Assembly: GCA_964016885.1 (NCBI GenBank)
Contig: OZ024752.1
Coordinates: forward strand, 41,354,001 to 41,418,000
Reading direction: 5' to 3'
Source of the DNA: Eledone cirrhosa
Taxonomy: Eukaryota
Length of the DNA stretch: 64,000 bases
Shown: positions 28,528 through 41,884 of the stretch, in pieces
Position numbering within the stretch: position 1 is the stretch's first letter
Layout: every line of letters begins with the position of its first letter
Notes under the pieces: generated by a model
Told to the model about the DNA's origin: nothing
Seen by the model: only the letters and a program-made list of their open reading frames with translations
The model's database searches: none
Made by a program: the position numbers and the translations under genes

Positions 28528-29115
28528 ATGGTGGCTGCCAACTCGTTTTCGAGTACGGCCACTACTTTATATCCATGTAAGAGAACCCCTACCGATGCGT
28601 TGAACGAGTGTGGCTTTTTAGTCCAGCCAGCGACTTGAAAACTCTGGTACAAACACTACACTTGTGACAATTACTGACACATAGTGCTGGGCCCATGGTA
28701 CCATGTGACGACAAGTGCAGAGAGATCTCCAGATATAAAGCAATGCCTGTGCCGTGAAGCTTTTATAGTGAGCAAAAGCACTGCACAAAGCCAGTCCCAC
28801 TCTCTTAACCAAGATCATATTTACCAAAAAGAAGAACAAGTCAACATCATTGAATACCATCAGGGTTGCAGGTGTTATATCAGAGTTTTCCTTCTCCTAG
28901 AATTCTGCCTTGACAAAGGCTAAGGGGTCATCTCTCCCGGTGATTTTGGATGGCCATTGACTCTTAAGAGCTCCTTTGCCCTTTGTTTTTAGTCCTGCAG
29001 GATGTCCAAAGTCGGGTCGTTGGCGACTAAACTGGCAACCCCACCAAGGTTTCTTGGTGAGGTTGCCAGTTTAGTCGCCAACGACCCGACCATGAGACAG
29101 GTTGTACTGGAATAG
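28528..29115 (-). mobile_element. (TATG)n-tailed retroposon, family H (RTE-related non-autonomous element or SINE)
   Basis: 28528-28903 is near-identical to 48001-48377; the putative 5' module (29053-29113) is shared with 48378-48470 and 43860-44028. Confidence 0.7.
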
Positions 29116-29599
29116 TACATACATACATACATATATACATACATAAATACATACATACATAATACATAAATACATAATACATAAATACATACATACATAA
29201 ATACATACATACATAAATACATACATACATACATACAATTGCTGGCCTTGTGCCAAAAGCAGAAACAATTATTTCAAATATTATATTTTGTGTGTGTGTG
29301 TATGATGTGGATATGTTGATAGTGGGGTTATCTAACAAAGACAAAAAAAATATATATATATATATACTACTTCATATAGTAGCCTGTATATTCCTTTCAT
29401 GCCTGTATATCCTCTTCATTCTCGCATGCTCCGAAGAACTGACTGGTTATAATTTTGTAATGTCGATCGAGTAACGTGAAAACAAGCGAATAGCGATCTC
29501 TAGACCTACCAGTTCAGAGAAACAATTGTCAGCAATGAGATTAAAAACCTTTTTTGTATAGCAAACCATGTCAATCTTCTTTCCTGATTTATATATATA

Positions 29600-29770
29600 T
29601 AATATATATTTAATACATTAACAGAGAAAGCTTTAAGCAATACTTCGACCGGCTTCCGTCTCACTCAACAAACATTAGGATATACCTTAGTATAATCCCA
29701 ATTATACGTTTGGGGTGCTAACTATACGTATTTTGCGGATAGCCAGTTGTATTATTTTATATGAGACATA
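29600..29770 (-). mobile_element. (AT)n-flanked element, family F
   Basis: Inverse diverged copy at 42357-42460. Confidence 0.55.
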
Positions 29771-29775
29771 ATTAA

Positions 29776-29887
<112 letters not shown>

Positions 29888-30007
29888 ATAATAAATAAAT
29901 GTGAAGACTAAAATCCAACGAAGGCTCGACAAGGTTAAATATATATCAAATATATAAGAACCCTACTAGAGCAAACATTTATTTAAAAACTTTAATCTGT
30001 TATTTTA

Positions 30008-30012
<5 letters not shown>
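29888..30012 (-). mobile_element. Family G element, internally deleted
   Basis: Inverse of 32455-32620 but lacking the hammerhead-like segment. Confidence 0.65.
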
Positions 30013-30057
<45 letters not shown>

Positions 30058-30060
<3 letters not shown>

Positions 30061-30254
30061 AAAATGTATGACCCTGACGGCAAAGCTCATGCCGTTTCGA
30101 CAGGTATTTCTGGACAGTCCAGAAATACCTGTCGAAACGGCTTGAGCTCTGCCGTCGAGTTCATACATTTTCCTATTACCCACTCTACTACTACCCTAAG
30201 TATTGACTCTGGTGCGTTATGGTCCATCTGGTTCCTTACCACAACTCCTTCGCT
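30058..30254. mobile_element. Family D palindromic element
   Basis: Arms centred on CTGGAC-A-GTCCAG; (AT)n-flanked. Confidence 0.8.
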
Positions 30255-30269
30255 ATATATATATATATA

Positions 30270-30322
<53 letters not shown>

Positions 30323-30326
<4 letters not shown>

Positions 30327-30670
30327 TCGTGTAGCACCCATCCACCATCTGAGTGAGTTTCTTGGTCAGTGTCCAAGTCTCAGAGCTGTATGGGAGCATC
30401 CCAAAAGTCAGCTCAAAAGTGACACAGAGGAGACTGAGGTTAGCTGGACATGCTCACCGACATCCAGAGTTGACATTGCACTCAGTGCTCCTTTGGGAGC
30501 CCCTACATGGACACACTAGAAGAGGAAGACCAAGGTTAACGTATGTTGATGCCCTAAGGACAGACACTGGTCTGTTGGAGATGCAGGACATGACAGCGAT
30601 GATGAGGGACAGAGACCGCTGGAGAGAACTCGTCCATGGATCTCGGGAATTTTACCCGCCTTAGATAGAT
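30323..30670 (+). mobile_element. RTE LINE 3' end with 5' inversion
   Basis: 30379-30664 encodes [33 protein letters not shown]..; 30323-30383 is an inverted upstream piece; (TAGA)n tail. Confidence 0.85.
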
Positions 30671-31659
30671 AGATATATATATATATATACAGTATATATA
30701 TATATATAGTAAAATAAATTTCAAATAACTGAAACGCTGTACTGCATATATTCACGGTACAAATTATATTTTTCAAGGTCCACTGGTTTAAAACTTGCCA
30801 ATCACTATACTCTATTACGTTTCCTCATTAAAAGAAAAATGACCTGCAGTGTTTTATAGGGTAGGGATGGGGGGGGGGGGGGGCTTTAACATAAGATCGA
30901 ATGGAAGGAAGGGTTGGAAGAGAAAGGTGAAGGGTACTGAACAAACTGATGAAGGTGATGGTGTTGGTGGTGATGTAAGGGTGGGTGGGCGGTGATGGTT
31001 TGAGGCTAGAATTGACTCAGGTTCTGTGCCAAACCACCCCCGACTCATTTGAAAGATGCTATGGAAGACATGTATGTATACGTGTCTATGACTGAGTGTG
31101 TGTGTATGTGTGTGTATATGTGTGTACGTGTTTGCATGTATGTATGTGTATGTATGTGTTTATGCTATGGAAGACATGTCAAGGTTTGAAAATAAACGTC
31201 ACTTTCCTCACGCGCCTTCTCCTTGCCTGAACATTCCTGCTTCATTAACTGATATTTTTCGCTTCTTTATCATCATCATCATCGTCATCATCATCACCAT
31301 CATCGCCATCATCATCATCATCGTCATCATCATCACCATCATCGTCATCATCATTATCATCATCACCATCATCATTATCATCATCACCATCATCATTATC
31401 ATCACCATCATCACCATCATCATCACCATCACCATCATCATTATCATCATCACCATCATCATCATCATCATCATCATCATCTACCAGAAATCTCCTCACA
31501 CCCATCTCCAGGTTTTCTGGTTGAACAAATTGATGATTTTATTAAATTTCATTCCAACATTTTTGGGGGGTATTTTTAATTCAGATTTTTATTGCTTTCT
31601 CTGAAGTTGCCTTTCTGTGTTTGTGTGTGTGTATATATGTATGTGTGTCTATATATATA

Positions 31660-31738
<79 letters not shown>

Positions 31739-31801
31739 ATATACAGGCACAAACACATCCACATATATATATACACACACACTCACACATATATACATAT
31801 T

Positions 31802-31935
<134 letters not shown>

Positions 31936-31959
31936 TATATATATATATATATATATACA

Positions 31960-32020
<61 letters not shown>

Positions 32021-32021
<1 letters not shown>

Positions 32022-32092
32022 GGAAAATGTATGACCCCCGACGGCAGAGCTCAAGCCGTTTCGACGGCTATTTCTGGACTAGTCCAGAAATA
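32021..32092. mobile_element. Family D short arm plus hairpin
   Basis: AGGAAAATGTATGACCCCCGACGGCAGAGCTCAAGCCGTTTCGACGGCTATTTCTGGACTAGTCCAGAAATAG. Confidence 0.75.
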
Positions 32093-32408
32093 GAAGTAGA
32101 AATGTGACGGTTGTAGATTTCTCAAAGAAATATTAATATTAAACTGAAAGAACTTTTAGATCTTTCACTTGAACAAACAAATAACGAAATTGTTGTTAGA
32201 TTTTTCTTCTCTACGAAATGCTAAATACCATCTTTAGATATATTTGTTCCAGCAGGCGTCACAACAGAAGAATGACATTTTGATATTTTATCCAATAAAA
32301 CGTGCCAGGTATTATTTTTCATGCATAGAAATTGTACATACAATCGTATGTGTCTATAATTATGTACATATACATATATGCATATATATGTGTGTGTATG
32401 TGTGTGTG

Positions 32409-32454
<46 letters not shown>

Positions 32455-32461
<7 letters not shown>

Positions 32462-32622
32462 TAAAATAACAGATTAAAGTTTAAGCAAAGAATCGCTGCT
32501 TTCACCCTTAACGGGATCTTCTGAAACTTAATTAATATTTGCTCTACGGTTCTTATATATTTGATATATATTTATCCTTATCGAGCCCTCTTTGGATTTT
32601 AGTCTTCAAATTTATTATTATT
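32455..32622 (-). mobile_element. Family G element with variant hammerhead-like fold at 32478-32528
   Basis: Minus strand reads AGUUU-CAGAAGA-U-CCC[GUUAA]GGG-U-GAAAGCA[GCGAUUCUU]UGCU-U-AAACU. Confidence 0.6.
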
Positions 32623-32636
32623 ACTATATATATATA

Positions 32637-32920
32637 TTGGGGGAAGACGGTGTAAAATAGAACAAAGGAAAGACACAAAGTAAAACAAAAGTACGCACTG
32701 TGGAGGCCACAGAATGTGTGACGAATAAGCTTTGACAATCAACAACTAAACAACCATCCGGTTATTTAACTAACCGACTGGGAAATTATAATAATAAATC
32801 GAAGTGAAACCCAAGTGCGTGTGTTTTATTGCCAGCATAACTCTCACAAGATCTAACAATATCTGTTTCAACACACGTTTAGATAAGATAAATCTTGCAA
32901 AACATGCAAAATGGAAATAG
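32637..32920 (+). mobile_element. Diverged family B copy with decayed core
   Basis: Collinear with the inverse of 8821-9135; core reads CTGTGGAG..GAAT. Confidence 0.65.
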
Positions 32921-33283
32921 ATGTATATGTATATATAATCTATAGTTAAGCATGAGGATTAAGCATTTTGTTACAGTAGTTTCTATTGCTCTTACTGTTC
33001 TCGTTTCCTTTGATGATAGTATTGTCTTTTATTTTCTTTCATTTTTTCTCGCTAATGATGCTGGTGTTTTATAAATATCCACCATATTAGAGAATTTCAA
33101 GAATAGAAATGACGTCAAATTACTGACTAACTGCAGATCCATTTATAGCCAATTTCTTGAGTATTGAAACGATAACTGTTGTTGTCTTGTTTCGTTTTTG
33201 CATTTTTTTGTTATATATATAACAAAAAAAAACATTATTTATATAAATATATATATATATATATAAAATAATGTAGATTTATC

Positions 33284-33393
<110 letters not shown>

Positions 33394-33411
33394 AAATAAT
33401 GTAGATTTATC

Positions 33412-33475
<64 letters not shown>

Positions 33476-33569
33476 AAGAAATTAAAAGATGGCTAAAAAA
33501 GTTCCATGTATTTTATTATGCGCATTTCAAAAACAAATATCATCCTGGGACGATATTTGTGTTCTCATC

Positions 33570-33619
<50 letters not shown>

Positions 33620-33659
33620 ATTTTTTTTTTGTTTTGTTTTGTTTTTGTTTGTTTTTTAA

Positions 33660-33995
33660 ACCCCACTCGGTCACGAATGACCATGGGTTTTGCACCTAGA
33701 AAGTTTCCCTCTGAGGCACAAGCCTGGGCAAGGTTTGTTTTGTGGAAGACCAGCAGTCGCCCATGCATACCAGTCTCCCCCTCTCCACGCCACCTATGTT
33801 GTCCAAGGGAAAGGCAATGGCCGATACAGCTAGGCACCAGTGGCGTCGCAACTCATTTCTACAGCTGAGTAAACTGGAGCAACGTGAAATAAAGTGTCTT
33901 GCTCAAGGACGACACAACACATCACCCGGTCCGAGAATCGAACTCACACCCTCTCAATTGCCCAATGCTCTAACCACTAAGCCATGCGCCTTCAC
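33660..33995 (-). mobile_element. tRNA-derived CORE-like SINE (third family)
   Basis: Minus strand has TGGCTTAGTGG A-box, GAGTTCGATTCTC B-box and CCTTGAGCAAGACACTTT; the tail is duplicated in inverted orientation at 34340-34510. Confidence 0.8.
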
Positions 33996-34009
33996 ACACA
34001 CACACACAT

Positions 34010-34109
<100 letters not shown>

Positions 34110-34121
34110 TTAATATAGATG

Positions 34122-34172
34122 AGATTCTACAGGACTAGAACTGTTTCATTCATTAGAAATCATCAGGAATCT
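34122..34172 (-). ncRNA. Type I hammerhead ribozyme candidate (family E)
   Basis: AGAUUC-CUGAUGA-U-UUC[UAAU]GAA-U-GAAACAG[UUCUAGUC]CUGU-A-GAAUCU: 6-bp stem I, 4-bp stem III, GUA site. Confidence 0.65.
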
Positions 34173-34534
34173 GGGTATCAAAAAATAAATATGGTATTTA
34201 TAGGTCTCTACAAGTGGTAGGAGAGGGTGGGGAGTGGGATGGTTGCAGGTCATTGGTTGATAGAAAAGGGAATTCATTAAAAGCTAATTCTACAAAGCTA
34301 TAGTTTATTTTTATTTATTTATGTTTTTAGAGTAACAAGGGGAGACTGGTATGCATGGGCGACTGCTGGTCTTCCACAAAACAAACCTTGCCCAGGCTTG
34401 TGCCTCAGAGGGAAACTTTCTAGGTGCAAAACCCATGGTCATTCGTGACCGAGTGGGGTTTAAAAAAAAAACAAAAACAAAACAAAACAAAAAAAAAACA
34501 TTATTATATATATATATATATATATAATATATTT

Positions 34535-34757
34535 ACGTTATTCCGGGTTGAATCGGAGGTAACCACAGTGAGTAAGGTACTCAATACATTGCAGAGTATA
34601 AAAGTTTTAATATAGATGAGATTCTACAGGACTAGAACTGTTTCATTCTTTAGAAATCATCAGGAATCTGATTTCTAAAGAATCTGATTTCTAAAGAATC
34701 TGATTTCTAAAGAATGAAACAGTTCTAGTCCTGTAGAATCTCCTCTATATTAAAACT
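34535..34757. mobile_element. Family E inverted element with hammerhead at 34619-34669 (-)
   Basis: Long minus arm, three 16-bp GAATCTGATTTCTAAA units (34664-34711), short plus arm; (AT)n-flanked. Confidence 0.7.
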
Positions 34758-34972
34758 TATATATATATATATATATATATTAGTACAGCATTGACGAAGC
34801 TTTAGTATACGGCCAAGCTAGCGTATATGCATAATCGGTCTGTAGCTTTAGCACTCGGATGAGGTAAGACCCCAGAGTAATAAAATTACGTTCAGACAGC
34901 TTAGCAAATCAGATATAGCGGTCGGCAGTCCAACCGCATTACCAGAGCAACGAAAATACAGGACCCAGGAAA

Positions 34973-35002
<30 letters not shown>

Positions 35003-35003
<1 letters not shown>

Positions 35004-35341
35004 CGATATTAACAAATGGAAACTATATTTATAAAACCATATCTATTTTATTAAACCTATTTCAAGGATACCATGTTAAATTATGGTATGCTTTCATCAG
35101 ACAAAATACAATATGTAACAGTTTTATAAATAAATATTGACATACCCTTACAAAATGCAACCATTATTGTTGGAAGACTCCGGGATAGTGGAGTTGTTTA
35201 CTTATATTAGTATTTTTAAACTAAGTCGTTGTGTTACAGAGAAGGAAAAAGAAGGAGAGAGAGAAAAGGGAGAAAGAGAGTGCTTTATATCAGTTATAAA
35301 AATATTTGCTTGTTGTATCCCAACAATTTAAATAGAACTTT

Positions 35342-35345
<4 letters not shown>
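35003..35345. mobile_element. Family C copy (hammerhead on minus strand, 35044-35108)
   Basis: TCATCAG at 35094-35100; tail segment on plus strand at 35278-35345. Confidence 0.7.
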
Positions 35346-35382
<37 letters not shown>

Positions 35383-35386
<4 letters not shown>

Positions 35387-35722
35387 GTTTCTACGTTAGG
35401 CACAAGGCCAGCAATTATCCAGTGCATTACTGGTACTTTATTTTATCGACCCCGTAAGGATGAAAGGCAAAGTCAACCTCGGCGGGATTTGAACTCAGAC
35501 TGTAAAGGGACGTAACTATGCTGGAAAGCATGGCGTCCGACCCTCTATATATATATATAATTGTTTCTACTTTAGGCACAAGGCCAGCAATTAACCAGTG
35601 CATTACTGGTACTTTATTTTATCGACCCCGTAAGGATGAAAGGCAAAGTCAACCTCGGCGGGATTTGAACTCAGATCGTAAAGGGACGTAACTATGCTGG
35701 AAAGCATGGCGTACAACCCTCT
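35383..35722 (-). mobile_element. Two tandem 5'-truncated SINE-A copies separated by (AT)n
   Basis: 35383-35547 and 35559-35722; both end at ACCCTCTA. Confidence 0.85.
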
Positions 35723-36047
35723 ATATATATATATATAATGTGTGTTATTTTGTTTTTCTTGGTTTGTAACTAAAAATAAATCACACAGCTTAGAGCTCAA
35801 CTGGTTCTAGTATTACAACATGCTTTTGTCAACAATATTAACTGATTGTTGCCTATTCAACTGTTGGAGCTGACTTCTGAGCAAATCGTATGAAATTGTT
35901 TTGCTTTAGAGCCGGTATTGAAAATCAACATGATGTCCTGTAACCATCCTGTTTTCTCTCACTCACTTTCTCTGTTTCTCTCTATCTCTCTATCTAACTA
36001 TCTATCTCTGTCTCTCTCCTTCTCTCTCTTTCTCTCTTCCTCCCCCC

Positions 36048-36127
<80 letters not shown>

Positions 36128-36458
36128 CTCTCTTTCTCATCAATGGTCGTATTTAAGCTTAGTTAAAGCTTTGTTGGAAATGAAAAGTTGGGAATAAGCA
36201 GGCGTACATACATACATATACACATACACACACATACACGCATACATACATACATACATACATACATACATTCATACATACATACATACATTCATACACA
36301 CATACATACATACATTCATTCATACATACATTCATACATACATACATACATACATACATACATACATACATACATACATACATACATACAAAAGCGAAAA
36401 CCTTTCTTTCTCTTTCAAAGGTCATCGATTTACTGACTGATCACACGCGTGTGTGTGT

Positions 36459-36586
<128 letters not shown>

Positions 36587-36913
36587 TGTGTGTTTGTACG
36601 CATGTATGTATGTGTGTAGCCTCTGGATATGGACATTCTCGGAGAAGATTTATTTCGATGTTTTCCAATGAATGTATCTAAGTATAACTAACAAAATAAG
36701 GAAGCCAGTTAGTTTTGAGTGTGGCTATATTGAGTTTATATAACGGCGGCCATTGTTGAGCAGGATATGGCACTCCTTGGGATCAATTTGATTCCGGTTT
36801 CAAGTGGAATCTAATTCACTTAATTAGCTATTTAATACTTTTGAAGAAAGCACCATTGCTCCACATTGTGATCGTCCACTCCTATCAGTTTGTGGCTTAT
36901 TATAAAATGAGAA

Positions 36914-37310
36914 CGGTGGATTGGCAGTATCGGTAGAGGGTCGAACGCCATGCTTTGCAGCAAAGAGTTACGGCCCTGTACGGTCTGAGTTCAAATCCCG
37001 CCGAGGTTAACTTTGACTTTCATTCTTACGGGGGTCGATAAAATAAAGTACCAGTAATACACTAGGGTTATTGCTGGCCTTGTGCCTAAAGTAGAAACAT
37101 TTATTATACTGCTTATTGGCGGTGGATTGGCAGTATCAGTAGAGGGTCGGACGCCATGCTTTGCAGCAAAGAGTTACGGCCCTGTACGGTCTGAGTTCAA
37201 ATCCCGCCGAGGTTAACTTTGACTTTCATCCTTACGGGGGTCGATAAAATAAAGTACCAGTAATACACTGGGATAATTGCTGGCCTTGTGCCAAAAGTAG
37301 AAACAATTAT
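36914..37310 (+). mobile_element. Head-to-tail SINE-A dimer
   Basis: 36914-37105 and 37118-37310; one TSD (ATTATAAAATGAGAAC) brackets both. Confidence 0.85.
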
Positions 37311-37483
37311 AAAATGAGAACAAAATATTGGGTATAGTTAAGACTGTCATGGTATTCCTTTATTCTTCCAGTTTATTAATTTCAGTTATTATTCTGTGGC
37401 AAGACTTCCGGTGCTAAGCGGCAGGCAGACAGGCATCAATATTATAGAGGTTCTAGTGATAAGCTACAGTCTTGATATTCTGA

Positions 37484-37642
37484 CAAGGCCAGTGCATTAC
37501 TGGTACTGTATTTTATCGACCCCGTAAGGTTGAAAGGCAAAGCTAACCTTGGCGGGATTTGAACTCAGACCGTAAAGGTGCGTAACTCTATGTTGCAAAG
37601 CATGGCGTCCGACCCTCTACCGATACTGCCAATGCACTGCCT
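37484..37642 (-). mobile_element. SINE-A
   Basis: Reverse complement of the family A sequence. Confidence 0.8.
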
Positions 37643-37850
37643 AGAAGAACAAGAAAAATTATGCTTTCTTTATTAACCACAACGGTTTACATAAAGTAGA
37701 CATTAAGGACAGTACAGGACAATACAGGACGGTACAAATGGGCATTTCTGCGTGTAAAAAAAACAAAAACAGGATGTAACAAAAAATAACAATGAAAATA
37801 ACAAGAAAAATAATGATTGCATTTAAAATATACCATCCAAAAATCATATG

Positions 37851-37935
37851 TATTGGGTCATCAAGTATGAAATTTGTAGAAATTTGTCGAAAAAAACAAC
37901 AAATTTCTACAAATTTTATACTTGACGAGCCAATA
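37851..37935. mobile_element. About 85-bp palindromic mariner-type mini-MITE (MADE1-like architecture)
   Basis: TATTGG..TCAAGTATGAAATTTGTAGAAATTTG with inverse CAAATTTCTACAAATTTTATACTTGA..CCAATA; second copy at 47317-47399. Confidence 0.7.
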
Positions 37936-38414
37936 GAGAGATTATAGCTACCACGAAAAATAGGAGGTAGGAGCCTGATTCAATGATAATTTCTTTATTA
38001 ACCACAAAGGGGCTTACAAAAAATTTTGTTTAATGTTAAGGACGCTATAATATGATACAGTGTGGTTTTATGGAAACACGTAAGAAAATTAGGTTCACTT
38101 TTTTCTCTCTTTGTTATCAATTGTTTTGTTCCTACTTCACAGCATTTTGTTGGCATTTTGTTGTTGTTGCTTTTATTTAGTTTGTCTTTAACATTTTCGA
38201 TCCCAGTGGCTAATAATGAAGTCATTATTCAGTTTGGCGTCATTTTCTCCTCCTCCCCCTCCTCCTTCTCCTCCTTATCATCATCATCATCGTCATCTTT
38301 TCTTTACTACTTCTGCTACTTCTACTACTACTACTGCTGCTGCTGCGACTAGTACTACTACTGCAGCTACTACTACTACTACTTCTACTACTACTACCAT
38401 TACTACTACTACTA

Positions 38415-38468
<54 letters not shown>

Positions 38469-38548
38469 TTTTTCCTTCTCTCCTCGCGTTTACTGACATT
38501 ATTCTTCAATTATCTTCCCCGGTTGTGGTTCTAATCTTTTTTTATGTG

Positions 38549-39416
<868 letters not shown>

Positions 39417-39552
39417 AACAAATATAAGATACGTATATTTCTTTCATTCTTTTTCATTCTCTCTCTCTCTATCTCTCTTTCTCTCTCTCTAACAACCTAT
39501 ATTTCTTTCTCACACACACACACACACTCAAGCACAGACACACACACACACA

Positions 39553-39585
<33 letters not shown>

Positions 39586-40263
39586 TCTTCTCTAACAACC
39601 TATAGTTCCCTCTCTCTCTCTCTTTCTCTCTCTCTTCTCTTCTCTAACAACCTATACTCTCTCTCACTCACTCTCTCCCTCTCTCTCCCTCTCTCTCTCT
39701 CTCTCTCTTCTCTAAGAAGCCTATATTTCTATTAATTTCACGTTCTAATAGAAAGAAAGAAAAAGAGAAAGAAAGAAAGAGAGAAAGAAAGAAAGAAAGA
39801 TAAAAGAACGAAAAAAAATCGGTGTAAAACAACCAACAGCGAACAACAAAGACCAAACATACAACTATTACTGAATATTAAAGACATCAATCCAATTTGC
39901 CTGCAGCCTAGCAGATCACTTAAAAACTGAAATAATAATTCCGATTGTTTTCACAAGTCTTTACCGCCTCAAATGAAAGGAGATTTACAAAGTCTTCAAT
40001 TTTCTTTATAAAAGATTTACTAACATCCGGCGGCGTAACATTTCTCTTTTATTTCGTCTACAGAGTTATCGTTCTTACTTTTTTATTAGAATTTCTTCCT
40101 CGTTTTCGTTGTATTTCCTGTTTTTGTATTGTTGTTGTGTTTTTTTTTAAGGGGGGAAGGGTGTTCTCTTGTCATGTGTGTGTGTGTGTGTATGTGTTAG
40201 TGTGTATGTGCGTTTGTGTGTATGTGTGTGAAAGTGTGTGTGTGTTAGAGGAGCAGGGAGAGG

Positions 40264-40300
<37 letters not shown>

Positions 40301-40360
40301 ATGTGTGTGTCAGAGGAAGAGGAGGCTGCGTGTGTGTATGTGTGTGTGTGTGTGTATATG

Positions 40361-40402
<42 letters not shown>

Positions 40403-40564
40403 GCTTTTTTGATATTCATATATTCAGTATTGGTTGTTTGTAATTTTTGCGTTTTTTTTTTCAACTCTTTTACATATATGCGCACATATCGACATAAAAT
40501 ATCGCATACAAGTTAGATATATATAGAAAATATACATCATATATACATACTAACATTCGTATGC

Positions 40565-40600
<36 letters not shown>

Positions 40601-40794
40601 GTGGGGGGGGGGGGTGATTTATATATATATATATATGAGATGTAATTCATTTTTAGCTGAATCACCATGTCTGATGCACAGATCGATATCGGAGTTGGAT
40701 GTCGGATCTATAACATCCATACAGACATTGAGCCAATCGATTGTGAAACATGCGTAACTGGTTGATAATCAATAAAATCATTTATTCGAAAATG

Positions 40795-40865
<71 letters not shown>

Positions 40866-41170
40866 CATATACAGCTGGTTCCGTCATTTGGTTGATGTAT
40901 AAGAACAGGGTTGTGTTCTTATACTACTCTTTTATATAAGAACTCTAAAGAAAGGGGTAATAATTAGGGTTTTGGTATGTAGTGAGAAGAATATAATGAG
41001 GGGGTAATCATTTTTGTTCAGGTTGTTTTATTTTACACACAATGACCTGAATAAAAGTTAAAGTTCAGTTCTTTACGATTCATGTTTGGTATTGTATTTG
41101 GTTTTACGTCTCGAGATCGTCTTTGTTGAATTAGTTTTAACAATCATCTCTAACTTCCTCTTTCTTTTAG

Positions 41171-41289
41171 TGTTATGATTGGTGGCTGGATGAAATGTAT
41201 ATGAAAGTTCAGCTTCCGCTTCCTGTCAACTCAAATCCCGGAATGGTGTTTCCTAAAAGACAGTTTGTGGACCAGAATGCTCAATTAAA
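41171..41289 (+). CDS. ChAT: Internal coding exon of choline O-acetyltransferase (choline/carnitine acyltransferase family)
   Basis: Pyrimidine tract and acceptor (ttcctctttcttttag) before 41171; GTAAGT donor at 41290. Frame-0 translation is CYDWWLDEMYMKVQLPLPVNSNPGMVFPKRQFVDQNAQL plus 2 nt, matching the ChAT N-terminal motif WLxxMYxxxxxPLPVNSNPGMVFP. Length 119 bp, phase 0 to phase 2. Not in the ORF track. Confidence 0.88.
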
Positions 41290-41504
41290 GTAAGTCTCCT
41301 TCTTTGCTTTGTTTTTTTCTTCATTTATGTTCATATATGGCTTCTTTCTAAAATATATTTTGTGGAAGAAATATGGCGGAGCATATCGACAACACAAGAA
41401 TGGTAAATACTGACACCAAATATCTCTTTTATTCATTTTCTGTCATAAAATACTTTATACCCTATACGTGACTAAAAATTACTGTAAGCTAGATATTCTT
41501 CGAA

Positions 41505-41650
41505 CAGAATTCAAATGCCGGCGAGATTAGCTTTGCCTTTCATCCTTACGGGATCGATAAAATAAAGCCCTAGTTATGCACTAGGATCGATTTAATTGAC
41601 TTTCCGCTCTCCTTCAAATTTCTGGCCTTGTGTCTATAGTAGAAACCATT
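41505..41650 (+). mobile_element. Older SINE-A subfamily copy
   Basis: Retains the GGATCGATTTAATTGAC segment absent from most other copies. Confidence 0.7.
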
Positions 41651-41699
41651 AAATGTTGTCACACTCTCACACACACACACTCACACACACACACACACG

Positions 41700-41812
<113 letters not shown>

Positions 41813-41884
41813 TATATAATATATATAATGAAATAAATGGTGATGATATAAAGTATATAACTTTCGTTTATTACTATTATTATA

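Noticed and set aside
40657-40760. Possible exon after TTCATTTTTAG
   Set aside because: No ChAT-like translation and no convincing donor.
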